A stretch of DNA of 64,000 nt from an uncultured Thermoleophilia bacterium (GTDB taxonomy: Bacteria; Actinomycetota; Thermoleophilia; Gaiellales; Gaiellaceae): the NCBI GenBank assembly GCA_963725595.1, contig CAVRYT010000001.1:248032-312031 (forward strand). The letters are read 5' to 3'. Position numbers and translations under genes: made by a program. The notes under the pieces were generated by a model that saw only the letters and a program-made list of their open reading frames with translations, was not told the DNA's origin and did no database searches. Positions 1 through 9,846 of the stretch are shown in pieces (within the stretch, counting starts at the first letter, position 1; every line of letters begins with the position of its first letter).

Positions 1-2
1 AT

Positions 3-641
<639 letters not shown>

Positions 642-686
642 CGGCCGAGCGGCCCGGGGCTCGTCGCTTCCTGGTAGGTATCGGGC

Positions 687-1409
687 GTGGAGCCCGAGCC
701 GCTCACCCGGATCAGCAGCGCGAAGCCCGACCGCGTCGAGGTGCGCGGCCGCGATCTCACGGGAGACCTGATGGGGCGGGTGACCTTCACGGAGCACTTC
801 CACCTGCTCCTGACGGGCCGCGAGCCGAACGAGGACGAGCGCTTCTTCCTGGATCTGCTGCTCGTCGCGATCGCGGAGCACGGCCTGATGCCGAGCAATG
901 TCGCTGCCCGGATGACTCTCGCGGCCGACCCGGGGTCGCTGCAGGGCGCCGTGGCGGCGGGGATCCTCGGGGCCGGGTCTGTGATCCTCGGAGCGGCGGA
1001 GGAGTGCGCGTACCTGCTCGTGGATGCGTCCGAGCGCGGCGCGGTGGCCGTGGTGCGCGAGCTCCAGGCGGCGGGGAGGCGCGTTCCCGGCTTCGGTCAT
1101 CCCCTGCACAAGCCTCTGGATCCACGCGCGGAGCGAATCCTCGTCCTCGCGGACGAGCGCGCCGTCGCCGGCCGGCACATCGCTCTCACGCGCGAGCTGC
1201 GGGAGGCCGTTGCGACCGTCTACCCGAAGCCGCTGACGCTGAACGTCTCGCTGCCGATCGCCGCGGTGCTGCTCGACCTCGGCTACTCGGCGGCGGTGGT
1301 CAAGGCGGTGCCCATCCTGGCCCGGACCGCGAGCCTGCTCGCGCACCTCGCGGAGGAGCAGGAACGGCCGATCGGCTTCCGGCTCGCCGCGCGTGCGATC
1401 GATGAGTGA
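687..1409 (+). CDS. citrate synthase-fold short protein (citryl-CoA lyase-like)
   Basis: 240-aa ORF with citrate-synthase-type motifs (HFHLLLTGREP, AEHGLMPSN, VPGFGHPLHKPLDPRA). Too short for a full citrate synthase. Confidence 0.65.
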   Translation: MEPEPLTRISSAKPDRVEVRGRDLTGDLMGRVTFTEHFHLLLTGREPNEDERFFLDLLLVAIAEHGLMPSNVAARMTLAADPGSLQGAVAAGILGAGSVILGAAEECAYLLVDASERGAVAVVRELQAAGRRVPGFGHPLHKPLDPRAERILVLADERAVAGRHIALTRELREAVATVYPKPLTLNVSLPIAAVLLDLGYSAAVVKAVPILARTASLLAHLAEEQERPIGFRLAARAIDE

Positions 1410-2631
1410 CGACGACACGAGCTTTCGCGAGCAGCTCGCCTACGTGCTCGCCCGCTCGCCCTTCTACCGAGCGAAGCTCGCCGGGCACGACACGAGCGGG
1501 GGCCTGGAGACGATCGCGCAGCTGCCGCTGACCGAGAAGCGCGAGCTGAAGCTGACGTGCACACGAGCAAACCCGTTCGGGTCGCACCTCTGCGTCCGGC
1601 GGCGGGAGCTCGCCCGGGTCTACTCGACGAGCGGCACGACCGGCGCGCCCACCTACATCCCGCTGACTGCGGGCGACCTCGAGAACTGGGTCACGGGCTC
1701 GTCGCGGAGCTACGCGGCCTCGGGGATCGAGCCGGGCGACCTCGTCGTGACCACGTACAACGCCGGCCCGTTCGTCGCCGGCGCCGCGCTCGACGCCTTC
1801 GCGCGCATCGGCGTCACCCACGTTCCCGTCGGCACGGGCTCGAGCGAGCGGCTCCTGCTCGCGCTCGCCGAGCTGCGACCGGACGCGATCGTGCTGACGC
1901 CGTCCTACGCCGCCTACCTGCTCGAGCTCGAAGACCTGCGCGAGTCGTCCGTGCGGCGCGTGCTCGTCGCCGGAGAGCCGGGCGGCGGCGAGCCCACCTT
2001 CCGCGGCCGCCTCGAGGAGGGCTGGGGCGCGCGCGTGACCGAGGCGATGGGCATCGGCGACATCGGCCCGTCGCTCTGGGGCGAGTGCGAGCAGCAATCC
2101 GGCATGCACCTCGGCGCCCACGGCCTCGTCCATCCCGAGCTGATCGACCCGGTCAGCGGCGAGGCTCGTGCGTGGGAGGACGGGGCGAGCGGCGAGCTCG
2201 TCCTGACGCACCTCAGGCACCGGGCGGCGCCGCTCCTGCGCTTCCGCACCCGCGACCACGTGCAGGTGTGGGCGAGTCCGTGCCCGTGCGGGCGCACGAC
2301 ACCGCGCGTCCGCTGCCTCGGCCGTACCGACGACATGCTGATCGTGCGCGGCGTCAACGTCTTCCCGTCGGCGGTGCGCGAGGTCGTCTGCTCGTTCATG
2401 CCCGGCGTCAGCGGCAACATTCTCGTCCGACCTCGCGGCTCCACCGTCAAGCAGGAGCCGCCGTTGCCGGTCGCGGTCGAGCTCGCCCGCGACGCGGCGC
2501 CGGACCCGACGCTGGCCGCGGCGATCCGCGACCGGCTGCGCGACGTGCTCGTGGTCGCGACCGACGTCGAGCTCGTGCCGTGGGGGAGCTTGCAGCGGAG
2601 CGAGTACAAGTCCAGACTCGTGAGTCGCTGA
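1402..2631 (+). CDS. phenylacetate-CoA ligase family adenylate-forming enzyme
   Basis: PaaK/F390-synthetase-type motifs: FYRAKL, LPLTEKRELK, YSTSGTTGAPTYIPLT, MLIVRGVNVFP. ATG 1402 is preferred and GTG 1393 is possible. The start overlaps the upstream stop. Confidence 0.8.
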   Translation: MSDDDTSFREQLAYVLARSPFYRAKLAGHDTSGGLETIAQLPLTEKRELKLTCTRANPFGSHLCVRRRELARVYSTSGTTGAPTYIPLTAGDLENWVTGSSRSYAASGIEPGDLVVTTYNAGPFVAGAALDAFARIGVTHVPVGTGSSERLLLALAELRPDAIVLTPSYAAYLLELEDLRESSVRRVLVAGEPGGGEPTFRGRLEEGWGARVTEAMGIGDIGPSLWGECEQQSGMHLGAHGLVHPELIDPVSGEARAWEDGASGELVLTHLRHRAAPLLRFRTRDHVQVWASPCPCGRTTPRVRCLGRTDDMLIVRGVNVFPSAVREVVCSFMPGVSGNILVRPRGSTVKQEPPLPVAVELARDAAPDPTLAAAIRDRLRDVLVVATDVELVPWGSLQRSEYKSRLVSR

Positions 2632-3218
2632 TGCGGAAGCTGCAGACGCAGGGCGTGCACCACATCACGATCGTCGGCGCGAAGCGCCGGGTCTCGATCG
2701 ACTTCTGGGAGGGCGTGCTCGGGATGCCGTTCGTCTTCGAGCAGCCGAACCTCGACGACGAGGACGAGAGCCACCTGTATTTCGACCCCGGCGACGGGCG
2801 ACTGATCACCGTCTTCACCCACGAGGGTCGCGAGCCGGTCGGGCGCGCCTCCGCCGAGAAGGAGCCCGGCCGCGTGCACCACCTCGCCTTCGCCGTCTCG
2901 AAGGCGACCTTCGACCAGGCGGTCGCGCGCCTCGACGAGCGGGGGATCCCGCACAGCGGCGTCAAGGATCGAGGCTTCATGGACTCGATCTACTTCGACG
3001 ACCCGCTCGGGCTCCTGATCGAGCTCGCGGCCTACCGCTTCGAGCCGCCCTGGGGGCACACACATGCCGACGTCCTGCTCGAGGCGCACAGGCTGCGCGT
3101 CGAGCGCGGCGACCACAACATCGACACCGAGCACCTCGCGGACGCGATCGAGCTGCTCGCCACGCGTTCGCGCGCGTCGCTCTCCGACGATCGAGCGCCG
3201 AAGAACCCCTACCCGTAG
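2631..3218 (+). CDS. VOC (glyoxalase/bleomycin-resistance/dioxygenase) family protein
   Basis: ATG 2631 overlaps the upstream stop (TGATG). VOC motifs: GVHHITIV, VHHLAF, DPLGLLIELA. Confidence 0.75.
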   Translation: MRKLQTQGVHHITIVGAKRRVSIDFWEGVLGMPFVFEQPNLDDEDESHLYFDPGDGRLITVFTHEGREPVGRASAEKEPGRVHHLAFAVSKATFDQAVARLDERGIPHSGVKDRGFMDSIYFDDPLGLLIELAAYRFEPPWGHTHADVLLEAHRLRVERGDHNIDTEHLADAIELLATRSRASLSDDRAPKNPYP

Positions 3219-3232
3219 TAGAGGAGGAGTCC

Positions 3233-3931
3233 ATGGCCGTCCACACGCTCAGCGTCCTCAAGCCCAGCGTGAACAACCTGAGCACCCGCATCTTCGTCCG
3301 CGCCGCCGGGCTCGACTTCGACGAGGTCGACGTCTGGGGCAAGAAGGGCACGCCCGACTTCCTCGCGAAGGACCCAGCCGACCTGACGCCGCTGCTCGAG
3401 GCGGACGGCCTCCCGAAGGGGTCGCTCTGGGAGAGCTGCGCGATCATGCAGTACCTCTGCAACAAGCACGGCCTCGAGCGCTTCTATCCGAGCGAGCCGG
3501 GCCCACGCGCGATGGTCGACAGCGCGATGTTCTATCTGATCGGGACGCTTTATCCCTACGTCGCGCGAGCGACGTACCCCGTCCTCCACTTCCCGCAGTA
3601 CGCCGGCGAGGTCGGCGCCTCCGACGCCGACGAGAGCGCGAAGGCACGTGCCGCGGCCGCGGCCGCGGAGGCGATCGCAGGGCCGCTCGAGGTGTACCGC
3701 ACGTTCTTCCTCGACGGCAAGCCGTTCATCGGCGGCGAGTCACCGTCGATCGCCGACATCCGCTTCGCCGCGACGCTCGAGTTCCTGCGCGCGATCGACT
3801 ACCCGTTCCCCGCCTGGGCCGAGGAGTACCTGGGCGCGGTCGAGGGCGCGCTCGGCGACGCGTACACGGAGCCGGCAGCCGACGTCCGTGGCTACGTCGA
3901 GAGCGTGAAGGCGGCGCCCGTCGGGGCGTAG
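3233..3931 (+). CDS. glutathione S-transferase-like protein
   Basis: 232-aa ORF preceded by GAGGAGGAG. GST-like N-terminal thioredoxin-fold and helical C-terminal halves. Family-level call only. Confidence 0.65.
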   Translation: MAVHTLSVLKPSVNNLSTRIFVRAAGLDFDEVDVWGKKGTPDFLAKDPADLTPLLEADGLPKGSLWESCAIMQYLCNKHGLERFYPSEPGPRAMVDSAMFYLIGTLYPYVARATYPVLHFPQYAGEVGASDADESAKARAAAAAAEAIAGPLEVYRTFFLDGKPFIGGESPSIADIRFAATLEFLRAIDYPFPAWAEEYLGAVEGALGDAYTEPAADVRGYVESVKAAPVGA

Positions 3932-3993
3932 CGCCCTCGAGCATCCCCCACCCGAGTGATCGGGTGCGGCCGCAGAGGGCCGAAACCTGAACC

Positions 3994-4536
3994 ATGAGGG
4001 CTGCGGCGCCGCGCATGGTGCTTCTCCTGTGCCTGCTGGTGGGGCTCGCGTTCCCGGCCGGCAGCTCTGCGTCGGCGGCACGGACGCAGGGAGCCGCGAG
4101 CATGGCGGTGCTCGAGAACGACGTGCTCGTGCAGTTGAACGCGATCAGGGCCGCCGAGGGCCTCGTGCCGCTGAGGCTCTCGCCGGGGCTCGACGCGGCC
4201 GCCGCGCAGCACACGCGCGAGATGGTGCGCATCGGGTACTTCGAGCACGACTCGGCGGACGGCACGAGCTTCGACGACCGGATCGCCCGGTACTACCCCT
4301 TCACGTCGCGCTTCCACCGCTGGGCGGTCGGCGAGAACCTCGTCTGGGAGTCGCCCGACCTCGATGCCACCGAGGCGTTGCGCCTCTGGATGGCGAGCCC
4401 GCCGCACCGTCACAACATCCTCGACCCGGCGTGGCGCGAGATCGGGATCGCCGCTGTCCATGTGCCGAGCTCGGCGACCGTCTTCGGCGGCGGCCAGGTG
4501 ACGGTGGTCACCACCGACTTCGGCGTGCGCTCGTAA
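3994..4536 (+). CDS. secreted CAP/SCP-domain protein
   Basis: Signal peptide (MRAAAPRMVLLLCLLVGLAFPAGSSASAA) followed by CAP motifs: YFEHDSADG, GENLVW, WMASPPHRHNIL, REIGIA. Confidence 0.75.
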   Translation: MRAAAPRMVLLLCLLVGLAFPAGSSASAARTQGAASMAVLENDVLVQLNAIRAAEGLVPLRLSPGLDAAAAQHTREMVRIGYFEHDSADGTSFDDRIARYYPFTSRFHRWAVGENLVWESPDLDATEALRLWMASPPHRHNILDPAWREIGIAAVHVPSSATVFGGGQVTVVTTDFGVRS

Positions 4537-4537
4537 C

Positions 4538-6028
4538 TCAGCGCGCGATCGGCTTGCAGCCTTCGGCGAGGCCGATCATCTGCGCGTTCGACAGCTCGTC
4601 GAGGAGGGTGTTCGTGATCCAGGCGCGCGTCGGGCCCTGCTGCCAGGCGATCTCGCGGATCCGACCGTGCTCCGTCCACACCGAATAGGCGCGACTGCCG
4701 CGATGCAGCGTGGCCGTCGGGCTCGCGAGCGCCGGTGCATCCTGCCAGGTCGTCCACGTGTAGAGGACGGAGCGCCCGGAGCCTGCGGTCGCCCAGGCGG
4801 CGATCGCAGGATGCCCCGCGAGAACGTACGAGCGCGCAGGCTCGGCGGTCGGCCACCAGTAGCCAGCCGGAAGCTCGGTCGGCGCGCAGCGCCGGATCGG
4901 GACGAGCGAGCGGAGCAGCCGCTCGCCCACGCCGCCGTCCGGCACGAGCCCGATCGGTTCCGTACGCGGTACGGGGCTTACCGCGGGCGAGACCTTGCTC
5001 GACCTGGTGGCCCTGTGCGTCGGCGCGGCGAACAGCGCGCGCACGGCGGTCTGTCGTTGCGCGTCCGTCGCGCTCAGATAGAAGGCGCCGTAGAGGGTCA
5101 GGTCCTGCGCCTGGAGCGTCTCGCGGCCGAGGTTCGCGGTCGACGTGCCGTGCACCGCCCGGAACAACCACCAGAGCTCGGAGAGGCTCGAGATGTCCGA
5201 CGTCGTCGCCTTCGCGAACGTCTCGGCCCGGTCGCGCAACGCGAGCAGGTCGGGGGTGAACGTGAGGAGCTTGCCGAGGACGGCCCGCAGGAAGAGCTGC
5301 TGGCGGGCCGCCCGGTAGAAGTCGGAGTCGGTGTGACGGAACCGGGCGTACTCGAGCGCCTGCACGCCGTTCAGCTTCTGGTAGCCGGGTTGCAGGTCGA
5401 TGTCGGCGTAGTTCGTCCCGATCGTCCCCACGTTCCGGTTCAGGTACCGCTGGTCGACGGGGACGTAGATGCCGCCGAGCATGTCGACGAGCTTGCGGAA
5501 GCCGGCGAAGTTGACCTCGACGAAGTGGTCGATCCTGACGCCGAACACCTCGCGCACCGTCTTGATCAGCAGCCCGGCGCCGCCGAGCGTGAAGGCATCG
5601 TTGATCCGGTCCTCGCCGTGGCCCGCGATCGGCACGTACAGGTCCCGCGGGATCGAGAGCAGCGAGATGCGGTGGTGGGTGGCGTCGATGCGCGCGAGGA
5701 TGATCGTGTCCGAGTGGACGTCGTCCCGCGCGGACTGGAAGCGGTGGTCACTGCCGATCAGAAGGATCGTCTGCGCGCCACGAGCCGCCTCGACCTTCGG
5801 CGCGACGAAGCGGTGCTTCGGCTCGACGCGCAGCTGGCGCCGCGCCCGCACCACCTCGGCGTGCTTGGAGCCGGCCTGCAGCTCGCCGACGATCGAGCGC
5901 GCCTGCCAGTACGCGATCGCCGCAGCGCCGGCCGCGAGCACGAGCGCTCCGCCCGCGGCGATCAGGAGGACTCGGAGCAGGCGACGACGCACGCTTGCGC
6001 GTTCCCCGGACCCGGCTCGCCGCACCAC
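4538..6028 (-). CDS. LytR-CpsA-Psr (LCP) family cell-envelope phosphotransferase with C-terminal extension
   Basis: N-terminal TM anchor. LCP motifs: ILLIGSDHR, DTIILARID, SIPRDLYVPI, INDAFTLGG, DHFVEVNFAGF. About 190 extra C-terminal residues of unknown function. Confidence 0.8.
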   Translation of the reverse strand: MVRRAGSGERASVRRRLLRVLLIAAGGALVLAAGAAAIAYWQARSIVGELQAGSKHAEVVRARRQLRVEPKHRFVAPKVEAARGAQTILLIGSDHRFQSARDDVHSDTIILARIDATHHRISLLSIPRDLYVPIAGHGEDRINDAFTLGGAGLLIKTVREVFGVRIDHFVEVNFAGFRKLVDMLGGIYVPVDQRYLNRNVGTIGTNYADIDLQPGYQKLNGVQALEYARFRHTDSDFYRAARQQLFLRAVLGKLLTFTPDLLALRDRAETFAKATTSDISSLSELWWLFRAVHGTSTANLGRETLQAQDLTLYGAFYLSATDAQRQTAVRALFAAPTHRATRSSKVSPAVSPVPRTEPIGLVPDGGVGERLLRSLVPIRRCAPTELPAGYWWPTAEPARSYVLAGHPAIAAWATAGSGRSVLYTWTTWQDAPALASPTATLHRGSRAYSVWTEHGRIREIAWQQGPTRAWITNTLLDELSNAQMIGLAEGCKPIAR

Positions 6029-6040
6029 GTCGGGATGATG

Positions 6041-7024
6041 TCAGGCGTCGGCCAGGTCCGAGTGCAGCTGACGGAGCTGAGCGACGAGCAGGAGGGCCTC
6101 CGGCCCGCCGTGCGCCGCCTCGTCGAGCGAGCGGTCTGCAGCCGCGAGGAGCGCGGCCGGGTCATCGCCGGCGACCGCGGCATCGGCGGCGCCTGCGAGT
6201 GCGCGCACCGCGGCCGCCAGCTGCGGGTCGTGCACCGGTTGGTCGACCACGTCCCGGGCGAGCGAGCGGGCATGGCGGTAGACGCGTGCCGCGAGGTTGA
6301 CGCGGCGCTCGAGCGCGTCGAGCTCGAGCAGGTCGCGCCGCCGCACCGGGTTGAGCCGCAGCGCGCGCCGTGCCTGTGGCAGGTCGAACACCTCGCGCAC
6401 GGCGTCGAGCGAGTGCGCGCGCACGTCGTCCATTCGTGACGCGGTCGTCCGAGAGCCGGCAGCGAGGTCCTCTGCGATCGCCGCCAGGTCGGCGGCGAGC
6501 TCGTTGCGGACGCGGTCGAGCCGCAGCCGGACCTCCCTGACCGGGTCCGGCGGCCACAGGAAGACGGCGACCACGAGCGTGACGCCCGCGCCGATCGCCG
6601 TCTCCCACACACGCGCGACGCCGGCGCCGAGGGCGCCGCTCCGGCCGACGCCGACCAGGAACAGTGCGCTCACCGCCGGCTGGATGTTCGCGCGGTCGCC
6701 GACTCGCAGGGGGATGCCCGCGAGCGTGCCGGCCAGGAGGGCGAGTGCGACGACGATCGTCAGCCGTGCGTCGACCTGGAGCACCGCGAGCCCGATCCCG
6801 ACGCCCGCGAACACGCCCACGATCCGCGCGACCGTGCTCGTCAGCGCGCCGAACGGGTCCCCGCTCATCGCGACCAGCCCGACGAGCGCCGCGAAGATCG
6901 GGCGAGGCTGGCCGGCGAGCGTGCCGAGCCACCACGAGAGCGAGGCGGCGAGCGTCATCTTGAGCGCGAGGCGCGCTTCGGTGACGAGGTCGCGGTCGAA
7001 CAGGCGCACGAGGCGATTGTCCAC
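6041..7024 (-). CDS. FUSC / aromatic-acid-exporter-like membrane protein
   Basis: Hydrophobic multi-TM N-terminal half and a long helical C-terminal half. GTG 7024 is chosen because the longer ORF (to 7453) runs antisense through the sigma gene. ATG 6958 is an alternative. Confidence 0.55.
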   Translation of the reverse strand: MDNRLVRLFDRDLVTEARLALKMTLAASLSWWLGTLAGQPRPIFAALVGLVAMSGDPFGALTSTVARIVGVFAGVGIGLAVLQVDARLTIVVALALLAGTLAGIPLRVGDRANIQPAVSALFLVGVGRSGALGAGVARVWETAIGAGVTLVVAVFLWPPDPVREVRLRLDRVRNELAADLAAIAEDLAAGSRTTASRMDDVRAHSLDAVREVFDLPQARRALRLNPVRRRDLLELDALERRVNLAARVYRHARSLARDVVDQPVHDPQLAAAVRALAGAADAAVAGDDPAALLAAADRSLDEAAHGGPEALLLVAQLRQLHSDLADA

Positions 7025-7039
7025 GCTTAGGATGGTCCC

Positions 7040-7999
7040 GTGGTCTCCACGACACCCCCGCTCGAACAGGCGCTCGAGGCGCACCGGCGCGAGCTCACGG
7101 GCTACTGCTACCGCATGCTCGCCTCCCCGTTCGAGGCCGAGGACGCGGTCCAGGAGACGCTGCTGCGAGCCTGGCGGTCGCACGCGGGCTTCGAGGGGCG
7201 CGCGAGCCTGCGCTCGTGGCTCTACCGGATCGCGACCAACGTCTGCCTCGACATGCTCAGCGGCCGTGAGCGCAGGGCGCTTCCGGCCGACCTGGGGCCG
7301 GCGCAGGAGCCGCTCGAGCGGAACCTCCACACACGCCCGGAGACCACGTGGCTGCAGCCGATTCCCGACTCGCTCGTCTCGACCGAGGATCCCGCCGAGA
7401 TCGCGGTCGCCCACGACACGATCCGGCTGGCCTTCGTCGCCGCCCTGCAGCACCTGCCGCCGCGGCAGCGCGCCGTGCTGATCCTCTGCGAGGTGCTGCG
7501 CTGGCAGGCGACGGAGGTCGCGGAGCTGCTCGAGACGACGGTCGCCTCCGTGAACAGCGCGCTGCAGCGCGCACGTGCCACGCTCGAGCAGAGCGACCTG
7601 GCGACCGCGCAGCCGCTCAGTGCGGCCGACCGAGAGCTGCTCGCGCGTTACGTCGAGGCGTTCCAGGACTACGACGTCGAGCGGCTGACGGAGCTGATCC
7701 GCGAGGACGCGACCCAGTCGATGCCGCCCTTCGACATGTGGCTCGACGGCCGCGACGATGTGCTCGCCTGGTGGTTCGGGCCCGGCATCGGCTGCCGCGG
7801 CTCACGCGTGCTGTCTGCGCCGAGCGCGAACGGCCTGCCGGCCTTCGGCCAGTACAAGCCCGCGGAGGACGGCGGCTACGACCCGTGGGCGCTGCAGGTG
7901 GTCGAGCTCTCAGAGGGCCGGATCGGCGAGTTCACGTTCTTCCTCGAGACCGAGACGTTGTTCCCGCTGTTCGGCCTGCCGCCGCGGCTCGAGCCGTAG
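7040..7999 (+). CDS. ECF-type sigma-70 factor with SnoaL/NTF2-like C-terminal extension
   Basis: Region 2 (EAEDAVQETLLRAW, WLYRIATNVCLD), region 4 (LPPRQRAVLILCEVLRWQATEVAELLETTVASVNSALQRAR), then about 120 additional residues. Confidence 0.85.
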   Translation: MVSTTPPLEQALEAHRRELTGYCYRMLASPFEAEDAVQETLLRAWRSHAGFEGRASLRSWLYRIATNVCLDMLSGRERRALPADLGPAQEPLERNLHTRPETTWLQPIPDSLVSTEDPAEIAVAHDTIRLAFVAALQHLPPRQRAVLILCEVLRWQATEVAELLETTVASVNSALQRARATLEQSDLATAQPLSAADRELLARYVEAFQDYDVERLTELIREDATQSMPPFDMWLDGRDDVLAWWFGPGIGCRGSRVLSAPSANGLPAFGQYKPAEDGGYDPWALQVVELSEGRIGEFTFFLETETLFPLFGLPPRLEP

Positions 8000-8184
8000 C
8001 ACCTCGACGAGCCCCGCGAACTCCGCGAGCTCCACGAGCTCGACCGGGGCACCGGCGATGCTCACGTGGACGCCGGCCCGCCGCGCGGCGAGCTGGAGCC
8101 GCGCGAGCGAGTCGAGCATCCGCAATGCGCCCATCGTGTACACGACCGTCGGCGCGACCCGAACTCATCGGTGATGATTGCGCC

Positions 8185-9408
8185 GTGGCTGCGACGGCGG
8201 GCTGGGTCAACTGGGTCGGGAACCAGAGCTGCCTGCCGGCGGAGGTCGGCACGCCTTCCAGCGAGGAGGAGGCGGCCGAGCTCGTCGCGGGCGCGGCCGC
8301 GCGCGGGCTCGGCGTCCGCGTCGCCGGCGGCGGCCACTCGTTCACGCCGGTCGTCGCCACGGATGGGCTGCTGCTCGACCTGCGCGGGCTGCCGCGGATC
8401 CGCTCGACCGATCCGGAGCGCCGGCGCGTCGTCGTCGGGCCGGCGACGACGATCGGCGAGTTCGGCGCGCCGCTGTGGGCGGCCGGCCTCGCGCTCGCGA
8501 ACCAGGGCGACATCGTGGCACAGCACATCGCCGGTGCGGCCGCGACCGCCACCCACGGCTCGGGCCTTCGGTTCGGCAGCTTCTCGTCGTCGCTGCGGCG
8601 CGTCCGGCTCGTCGGGCCCGACGGCGCGATCACCGAGATCGGCGAGGACCAGCCCGACCGCCTGCACGCAGCGCAGACGTCGATCGGCATGCTCGGCGTC
8701 GTCGTCGAGCTGGAGCTGGAGGTGGCGACCGCGTACCGGCTGACCGAGCGCGTGGAGCGCTGGAGCTGGGAGCAGGCGTGGGAGCCGTTCGAGGAGCTTG
8801 CGCGGACGCATCGCCACTACTCGTTCTTCTGGATGCCGACCAACGACTCGGCCGAGCTCTACGGGCTGGGCGAGCCCGGGATGTCGCTCGCCGACCGTTG
8901 CCACGTGAGGATCTACGACGACGTCGACCTGTCCGTCCCGGACTCCGACGAGCCGAACCGGCGCGTCGGGCCGGCCCACGTCATCTATCCGATGGTCTAC
9001 GAGCCGAACTTCCACGAGCTCGAGTACTTCGTCCCGTTCGAGCGTGGACGTGAGGCGCTCGCCGCGATGCGGGAGTTGATGCTCGCGAGCCTGCCCGCGT
9101 CGGTCATCCCGATGGAGGTGCGCACGGTGGGGCGCGAGCCCGCGTGGCTCTCGCACAGCTACGAGCGGGACACGGTCGTCATCTCCGTCTCCGGCACTCC
9201 CGGCACGGACTACTGGCCGTACCTCCGAGACGTCGACCGGCTGCTCGGCGAGTTCGACGCGCGCGTGCACTGGGGGAAGCTCCATTTCCTCACGCACGAG
9301 CAGCTGCACGCGCGCTATCCGCAGGCCGGCGACTTCGTCGCCTTGCGGCGGGAGCTCGACCCGAACGGTGTCTTTCTGAACGACCACCTGCGGCCGCTGT
9401 TCTCCTGA
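8185..9408 (+). CDS. FAD-linked oxidase, D-arabinono-1,4-lactone/L-gulonolactone oxidase type
   Basis: FAD-binding motifs (VRVAGGGHSFT, LLDLRGL) and an ALO-type C-terminus (YSFFWMP, VHWGK). Start GTG 8185, with ATG 8125 as an alternative. Confidence 0.8.
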   Translation: MAATAGWVNWVGNQSCLPAEVGTPSSEEEAAELVAGAAARGLGVRVAGGGHSFTPVVATDGLLLDLRGLPRIRSTDPERRRVVVGPATTIGEFGAPLWAAGLALANQGDIVAQHIAGAAATATHGSGLRFGSFSSSLRRVRLVGPDGAITEIGEDQPDRLHAAQTSIGMLGVVVELELEVATAYRLTERVERWSWEQAWEPFEELARTHRHYSFFWMPTNDSAELYGLGEPGMSLADRCHVRIYDDVDLSVPDSDEPNRRVGPAHVIYPMVYEPNFHELEYFVPFERGREALAAMRELMLASLPASVIPMEVRTVGREPAWLSHSYERDTVVISVSGTPGTDYWPYLRDVDRLLGEFDARVHWGKLHFLTHEQLHARYPQAGDFVALRRELDPNGVFLNDHLRPLFS

Positions 9409-9426
9409 CCACCGGAACCGCTTCGA

Positions 9427-9828
9427 TTACGAGTGGGGGTGGTCGCGCCGCTGCTCACGCCGGAGCGCCTCGAGTCGCCGCCGGTCCTGCTTCGTCGGGC
9501 GGCGGCCGAGGTCGGCTCCGAGCGGGCTCGCGACGCGCCGCTCGAGCGCATGCCGCTCGCGGCCCGCGCGCGACTCCGGCGTCTCCTCGTAGAGAGTCGC
9601 GGCGACGCTCGCGGGCCCGCGCCGGTCGGCGAGGCCGCGCACGGTCACCGTCCATGGGACGGTCCCGATCCGCAGTTCGAGCGTGTCGCCGGCGCGAACA
9701 TCCTTGGCCGGCTTCACCCGCGCACCGTTCACGTGGACGTGACCGCCGAGCACCGCCTCCGTGGCGAGCCCGCGCGTCTTGAAGAAGCGCGCAGCCCACA
9801 GCCACTTGTCGACCCTGACCGACTCCAC
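9427..9828 (-). CDS. S4-domain RNA-binding protein (Hsp15/HslR-like)
   Basis: VRVDKWLWAARFFKTRGLATEAVLGGHVHVNG. GTG 9828 is chosen because the longer ORF overlaps the divergent gene. Confidence 0.75.
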   Translation of the reverse strand: MESVRVDKWLWAARFFKTRGLATEAVLGGHVHVNGARVKPAKDVRAGDTLELRIGTVPWTVTVRGLADRRGPASVAATLYEETPESRAGRERHALERRVASPLGADLGRRPTKQDRRRLEALRREQRRDHPHS

Positions 9829-9846
9829 GGCTCGTATGATCGCCCG

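Noticed and set aside
7348-8184. The 5' extension of ORF 7348..9408, which would make a 686-aa FAD oxidase.
   Set aside because: The extension is Arg/Ala-rich and overlaps the sigma-factor gene out of frame. Oxidase homology begins only around WVNWVGNQ, so an internal GTG or ATG start was used.
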